Assembly (NCBI GenBank): GCA_029856045.1
Contig: JAHQWG010000035.1
Coordinates: 73,213 to 137,212, forward strand
Direction of reading: 5' to 3'
DNA from: Promethearchaeia archaeon
Lineage (GTDB): Archaea; Asgardarchaeota; Lokiarchaeia; Sigyniarchaeales; SOKP01
DNA length: 64,000 nt
Both the position numbers and the translations under genes were made by a program. This document shows positions 58,570-64,000 of this stretch, piece after piece. Under the pieces are notes generated by a model. That model saw only the letters and a list, made by a program, of their open reading frames with translations, made no database searches and was not told the origin of the DNA. The stretch's first letter is position 1; each line of letters starts with the position of its first letter.

Positions 58570-61494
58570 TTATTTTTTGACTCCATATTTTTCATTTTTC
58601 CAATTATAATATTGTTTTGTTTGTTTTCCACGCCAGATTGCCTTTTTCCCTGTTTCTTTTTCAAATTCTTGAATTAAAGAGTCTTCATCAAGAATTTTTT
58701 TGTCTTTCTTTGTTGGCTTCTTTAAAATTTTTTTTTCTGTTTTTTCTATAGGAACTTTTTTCACTGGTGCATTTTTCTCCGAAGTTTTAGTAGTTGGTGT
58801 TTTCTTGATAGCTTTTAACGATTTAGCTTTTAATAGTAAAATATCAAGGTTTATTGCTAAGCCATGGTCACTCTTAGAGGGATCAATTCCATCATCACCA
58901 AATTGAAATTGTACAATACTCTTATTAGCATCTCTTACAGTATTATCATTTTCAACAATTACATCTTGTAATGCATTAACTAACCTTCTTTGCATATACC
59001 CACTTTGACTAGTTCTGACAGCAGTATCAACAAGTCCCTCTCTACCACCCATTGAATGGAAGAAAAACTCTTCAGGATTCAAACCTTTTCTATATGATGA
59101 TGAAACAAATCCTCTTGCTTTTGGAGAGAGATCATTAATCTTATAGTGAGGTAATGTTCTTTTTATATATCCTCGATGAATTCTTTCACCCCGAATTGCT
59201 TGTTGCCCAACTATTGCAGCCATTTGACCTAGATTTAGAGGATTACCTCGCGCTCCAGATTTTGTCATTATAACCGAATGGGCTTGATCTCCAATATCAA
59301 TAGAGGCAATTGTTTCAGCTGTCTTTCTTGCATCGTTTAATATCCCTCTAATTCTTAATTCCAAAGTTTCTTTTAAAGTTCTTCCTGGGGCTCGAGATAA
59401 AATCTTCTCATCTTTGTTATAGTATGCTTTTATGAGTTCTTCACATTCTACATTTGCTTTATCTATAGTATTTATGATTTCTTCCATTGCATCATCTTTT
59501 ACAAAAACTTCATCTAGACCAATAGTAATTCCATTCATTCTGATTACATGAAGGAGCATTTGTATCGAATTATCTAAAAATATTCTCCCTCTTTCATTTC
59601 CATGATCTTTTATTATTCGCTGTAAAATACTATTCGGTTTCATTGCTCCAAAAGTAGCCTCATCAATAGTTCCAGTTAACAGTTTCCCGTTTTCAATATG
59701 AACATATGCATCATATTCACAATCATCCTCTTTACATACGTCACATCTCTTGCAAAACTTTGATCTTTGGCGTAAATTTAAATCTTGTGGAAATAATGCA
59801 GAAAAAATTAACTTTCCAGAATATTTTGGCTCTGGATCAGTCGTTATTGGTGTTAAATCAATTATTGAAAAATCAGGATTTGTATCAAATATTTTGCCTA
59901 AATACAATAATTTTAAAGTATCCTTAATATTATAAACAGAGTCCTTACTTGTAAATTGATATACAGTAGATATAAAATCTTGAATTCCACCTATTATAGG
60001 TCCACCAAAACGAGGAGATAACATATGTTCTTGAACTTTTAAAAGTAATTCTGCTTCAGTCCTTGCCTCTTCACTCTGTGGGACATGCAAATTCATCTCA
60101 TCCCCGTCGAAGTCTGCATTATATGGAGGACATATTGTTAAATTTAATCTAAATGTTCTTCCATCCATAATTTTTACTTCATGAGCCATAATTGACATTC
60201 TATGAAGTGAAGGTTGGCGATTGAATAAAACTAAATCTTTATTATTAAGGTGTCTTTCAACAATATAACCAGGTACTAGAGTTTCTGCAATTACATCTCT
60301 ATTCTTAACATATCGGAGATCTATTCTTCGATTATCAGTTCTTATTATATAATTAGCTCCTGGATGCGTAAAGGGTCCATTTATAACGAGTCGTTTCATC
60401 TCTCCAATATTCCAAGGATTTACATTCGATGGAATTGTAAGTATTTTTGCAATACTGGTTGGTACTCCCACGTCATTAATACTAATATGAGGATTAGGTG
60501 AAATAACACTTCTGGCGGAAAAATCTACTCTTTTCCCACTCAAATTACTTCTAAATCGTCCCTCTTTGCCCTTTAATCTCTGCGTAATTGTTCTTAAGGC
60601 TCTACCAGATCTATGTCGCGCAGGAGGAATTCCAGAAACTTCATTATCAAAATATGTTGTAATGTGATATTGTAAAAGTTCCCATAAATCTTCCACAATA
60701 AGATGTGGTGCTCCAGCGTCAAGGTTTTCTCTCAATCTTTGATTTATACGGATTACATCAACTAATTTATGAGTTAAATCATCCTCCGATCTAATTCCAC
60801 TATCTAATGTAATTGAGGGCCTCACACAAACTGGTGGAATAGGTAAAACCTCCAATACTGTCCATTCAGGTCTAGCAGAGGCTGGAGAGATTCCCATAAT
60901 TCTAAGATCATTATCAGAAATTCTTATTAACCTTTCTCTAATATCCATTGGAGTCAATCTTCTTGAACCTTTACCCTCTTCCTCTTCATAAAAAGTAGTT
61001 GGTTTCTCTATAACAATTTTTTTCTTTCTTGCTCCACAATATGGACATTTTTTTGCTTTTCTTGCGGTTTTAAAAATTAATTTAGTTAATTCTTCATCAC
61101 TTTCAAAATACATCTCACGATGTTTCTCTTGTTCTTTAGTATATTTAACTTTTTCATCTTCAGTGAGCATAAGCATTGAGCATTCTGGGCATATGCTACG
61201 TAAAATCTTTAAAACCTTTTTTGCATAACCACAATGAATAATGGGTCTAGCCATCTCAATATGACCAAAATGACCCATGCATTGACTTACAAGATTTCCA
61301 CATGTTTGGCAACGCTGACCAGGCTCAATCGTGCCCAAGCGTTGATCCATAAGACCAGATGGGATAGGGAGGCCATCTTCATCATAAGTGTCTGCAGTAA
61401 TTATTCTGGCAGAGCTTAATTTACGTATTTCATCAGGTGAGAGAATTCCAAATCTAATTTTTTCGATTATCTTCGTTTTTAAATAACTACTCAA
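58570..61494 (-). CDS. rpoA1: RNA polymerase subunit Rpo1N (A')
   Basis: NADFDGDEMN, LSGKRVDFSARSVI, NRQPSLH, GGREGLVDTAVRT; TTG start with GAGG upstream. Confidence 0.97.
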   Translation of the reverse strand: MSSYLKTKIIEKIRFGILSPDEIRKLSSARIITADTYDEDGLPIPSGLMDQRLGTIEPGQRCQTCGNLVSQCMGHFGHIEMARPIIHCGYAKKVLKILRSICPECSMLMLTEDEKVKYTKEQEKHREMYFESDEELTKLIFKTARKAKKCPYCGARKKKIVIEKPTTFYEEEEGKGSRRLTPMDIRERLIRISDNDLRIMGISPASARPEWTVLEVLPIPPVCVRPSITLDSGIRSEDDLTHKLVDVIRINQRLRENLDAGAPHLIVEDLWELLQYHITTYFDNEVSGIPPARHRSGRALRTITQRLKGKEGRFRSNLSGKRVDFSARSVISPNPHISINDVGVPTSIAKILTIPSNVNPWNIGEMKRLVINGPFTHPGANYIIRTDNRRIDLRYVKNRDVIAETLVPGYIVERHLNNKDLVLFNRQPSLHRMSIMAHEVKIMDGRTFRLNLTICPPYNADFDGDEMNLHVPQSEEARTEAELLLKVQEHMLSPRFGGPIIGGIQDFISTVYQFTSKDSVYNIKDTLKLLYLGKIFDTNPDFSIIDLTPITTDPEPKYSGKLIFSALFPQDLNLRQRSKFCKRCDVCKEDDCEYDAYVHIENGKLLTGTIDEATFGAMKPNSILQRIIKDHGNERGRIFLDNSIQMLLHVIRMNGITIGLDEVFVKDDAMEEIINTIDKANVECEELIKAYYNKDEKILSRAPGRTLKETLELRIRGILNDARKTAETIASIDIGDQAHSVIMTKSGARGNPLNLGQMAAIVGQQAIRGERIHRGYIKRTLPHYKINDLSPKARGFVSSSYRKGLNPEEFFFHSMGGREGLVDTAVRTSQSGYMQRRLVNALQDVIVENDNTVRDANKSIVQFQFGDDGIDPSKSDHGLAINLDILLLKAKSLKAIKKTPTTKTSEKNAPVKKVPIEKTEKKILKKPTKKDKKILDEDSLIQEFEKETGKKAIWRGKQTKQYYNWKNEKYGVKK

Positions 61495-61878
61495 GGAGTA
61501 AAGGCCTCATTTTATTTTTTTTATATATTGATTGAAATAAGAAATAAACCTACTAAACAAGTTAGAATAAATCTCCTAATTTTGGCTTGTAAGATATTCT
61601 CATGAAACAAATCTTAAAAATTTTTCTAAAATTTTAATTTTAACTCGATTAAACAGCATAATAAGTAAAACAAAATTAGCCTTTTTTAAAATCCAAAACA
61701 ATTTCAAAATATTTACCTTCTTATCGAAAGAAAGTTAGCTACAACGCAAAATAACATAATAGATCTAAAATAAAGAAAATAAATTAAGAGAGATTGGCAA
61801 AATAGGCGAATTGGAACCAGAAATCGTTATTTTCTGCAATGAAACACAATTCGCTATATAAAATTCAAGTGATTGCCA

Positions 61879-62226
61879 TCATACTTTTTGATCTAATATA
61901 GTGAAACTACAAGAGGAAGCATTGAACTTTTTTATGTAATTTTCTACAATCTCCCTTGTGTGTGTATCTTTTTCCACTGCATCAAAAAACTTTTCAAAGT
62001 TTTCAATCTCTTTGAAGATCATTTGCTCTGTATATTTGTTTTTTTTCTGAGTAAATTGGTAAGAAAAGTACTTTTTCACTTCCATGGGCATAAATAATTC
62101 ATACCGCTCACAGTTGTGGGATTCATAAAGTGGTTTCAATTTTTCCTTTGCAAACTTAAGGAAGTCTTCCAACTTTTCTGGAGGTACCTCACACGACCAT
62201 TGGACCAGAATCAAGTCTTTTAACAA
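61879..62226 (-). CDS. Dimeric alpha+beta barrel-like (NIPSNAP/ABM-like) protein
   Basis: EVPPEKLEDF..LKP.YES, Y.E..F..ENFEKF pattern. Confidence 0.5.
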   Translation of the reverse strand: MLKDLILVQWSCEVPPEKLEDFLKFAKEKLKPLYESHNCERYELFMPMEVKKYFSYQFTQKKNKYTEQMIFKEIENFEKFFDAVEKDTHTREIVENYIKKFNASSCSFTILDQKV

Positions 62227-62330
62227 CTCTTAAAAAATTTTTTAATTATAAATCTCATCTATTAAATGGTATATTAATTCAAACCAATAAGCATTTTTAA
62301 TATATAAAAACATTTCTAAATATTAGACCG

Positions 62331-62939
62331 ATGAATAAATTTAAGTTTTTAAAAAACAGATTTATTATTATTTTTTTAATGATAATTATAATATCACTTC
62401 TAATTTTTTCTTTAAATGGAAGAATCATCTTACCACTTGATTTAATCATTTTAGATGAGCGAAAACTAATTATAGAAATACTTGCATCATATTTCTTAGC
62501 TGAAATTCCCATTCAATTTAATCAAACATTAATTAATATCTATTTCGCTTGGACTTTAGGAGCCTTATTCTCATCTTTAATTTTGGCAAATCCTAAAAAA
62601 AGCCTTACCAACACAATTATATTAGGTATTTTCATTAGCTATTTTTTATTAATATTCGGATTTCGGCATTCTCCAAATTATTTTAACTCGTTTTTTCCTC
62701 AAATTTTCATTCAAATTATTTTTCTGTTAATATATATTAGTCTTTTTTCTTTTATCTCGGCATTTTTCATTGAAAAAATTTATCAAAAATTTCAAAAAAG
62801 TGAAAATCACAAGATTAGAATTGAGGTACTTGCTAGTTCTAATAAAATTAAATGTCCCCATTGTGGAACGGAATATGAATCTGTACCTCTTTATTGTTAT
62901 AATTGTTTAAAAAAGATAAAAAGTAATAATGAAATTTAA
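62331..62939 (+). CDS. Membrane protein with C-terminal zinc ribbon
   Basis: Four TM segments; KCPHCG..P.YCYNC. Confidence 0.75.
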   Translation: MNKFKFLKNRFIIIFLMIIIISLLIFSLNGRIILPLDLIILDERKLIIEILASYFLAEIPIQFNQTLINIYFAWTLGALFSSLILANPKKSLTNTIILGIFISYFLLIFGFRHSPNYFNSFFPQIFIQIIFLLIYISLFSFISAFFIEKIYQKFQKSENHKIRIEVLASSNKIKCPHCGTEYESVPLYCYNCLKKIKSNNEI

Positions 62940-63471
62940 TAACTGATTTTAAAAATTTTTAACTTAAAGTAAAAATAGCATTAATACATATAACCGACAA
63001 AATTATTTTCAAATTATAATAATTTCGGTTAAAATTGATTGGATAAGAAAATTTTACTATAAAATAATAATTAATTGGGAATATATTCAATGAATTATTA
63101 GATAAATCATCATAGAATATAATTTGAAGAATTCCTAAAAATTGTATTCAATCAATTTATTGAGCCAATATTTGGTGAATATCATCAATCCAATTTTATT
63201 TCTTGTTATAAATGATAGATTTTGATTTTAAGATGCAAATAATTTACTGAATCCTTGATCTACTCTAGAACCAATATTAATAATTTCCGACAAAAATTAT
63301 GGATCATATTTGTATAATTTTACTCAACCAATTTTACCCTAAAACACGCCTATTTTTCCATAATCTTTATATAGTAGATAAACAATAATATTTCATAGAT
63401 GATTTAATTTCATCAAAAATTGATAAAAAAAACAAAATAAAGTTAAAAATTATAAGCGGAGGTAATAAGTA

Positions 63472-63675
63472 ATGGCATTTGCTTGGTCTCCACTACGTTC
63501 CCTGATGAAAAAAGCTGGCGCAGAAATTGTTAGCAGGAATGCAGTTGATAGGTTAATGGACTTTTTAGAAGAAAGAGCTAAAGCATTAACTGCATGCGCA
63601 ATCGACATCAGCAAACATAGTGGTAGAAAGAAAATTACCAAAGATGATATGAAAATAGCTATTGGCATGCTCTAA
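63472..63675 (+). CDS. Archaeal histone
   Basis: SPLRSLMKKAGAEIVS..A..L..LE..A..AI...HSGRKKITKDD; GGAGGT SD. Confidence 0.92.
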   Translation: MAFAWSPLRSLMKKAGAEIVSRNAVDRLMDFLEERAKALTACAIDISKHSGRKKITKDDMKIAIGML

Positions 63676-63709
63676 ACCAATGGCTAATTATTATGTCATA
63701 AAATTAAAT

Positions 63710-63732
63710 TTTTTTTTTTTTTTTCTTTTTTT
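63710..63732 (+). terminator. Oligo-T terminator after histone
   Basis: Long T run about 35 nt after the stop. Confidence 0.5.
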
Positions 63733-63885
63733 AATAATTTGAGTAGAAAATATTTTCAGTTTTAAAGAGATTAGCCAATAAAAATTTAATATAGTTTAGT
63801 TACTAATTATTATTACAATAAATAAAACTACAACAATTTTAACTACAAAAAAAAGATAACTAATAAAAATAAATTGGTGTAAAAT

Positions 63886-64000
63886 ATGGAAATTAATGGC
63901 GTTTTGATTGATGATACATACTGTGAAGCATTTCCCGGTTGGTTTTGTCGCATTTTAGTAACTGCTAAAAATAAGAAATGGTTAAACATATGTGCTCAGG
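63886..64000 (+). CDS. ftr: Formylmethanofuran-H4MPT formyltransferase (5' part only)
   Basis: MEINGVLIDDTYCEAFPGWFCRILVTAKNKKW matches the Ftr N-terminus; GGTG SD. Confidence 0.85.
   Translation, partial: MEINGVLIDDTYCEAFPGWFCRILVTAKNKKWLNICAQ

Noticed and set aside
61802-61857. SECIS element
   Set aside because: No properly placed AUGA/GA core on the sense strand of the adjacent gene and no convincing in-frame TGA selenoprotein nearby.
3968-63668. Short antisense or overlapping ORFs in the track (for example 5105-5467, 6251-6496, 25696-26055, 39027-39293, 43210-43647, 55842-56153, 63450-63668)
   Set aside because: They shadow well-supported genes on the other strand or frame and show no recognisable motifs.
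1-64000. CRISPR array, tRNA or rRNA genes
   Set aside because: No regularly spaced repeats and no GC-rich structured RNA-like segments were seen.

Overview
Very AT-rich archaeal DNA, most likely a Lokiarchaeia-type Asgard archaeon (Rab-like and MglA/MglB GTPases, archaeal histone, split RpoA1/A2, Ftr). The right third (45-64 kb) is housekeeping: aIF2a, Nop10, GINS15, PriS, PriL, PCNA, TFS, ribosomal proteins, pyrB, nusA, rpoA1/A2, histone and ftr, with several local inversions. The region ~5.8-44.9 kb holds an unusual concentration of divergent DNA-recombination genes: Hel308 with a SWIM insert, Hef, XPF, a FEN1 paralog, RadA with an extra HhH domain, a RadB-like protein and a Whirly-like protein. 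It also holds a membrane operon built around a degenerate VirB4/HerA-type ATPase, small pilin-sized membrane proteins and two divergent TFB paralogs. About 17 genes in this region share a T-tract+TATA promoter motif, while most housekeeping promoters I could read have an A-rich BRE. My main hypothesis, which is inference, is an alternative-TFB-controlled DNA-transfer/recombination (competence-like) regulon. Other oddities: an HTH-ATP-cone-dead-NrdD regulator, two in-frame TAG codons, two probable ATT starts and a 615-bp intragenic repeat. All family calls are from motif recognition by eye; no searches were run.
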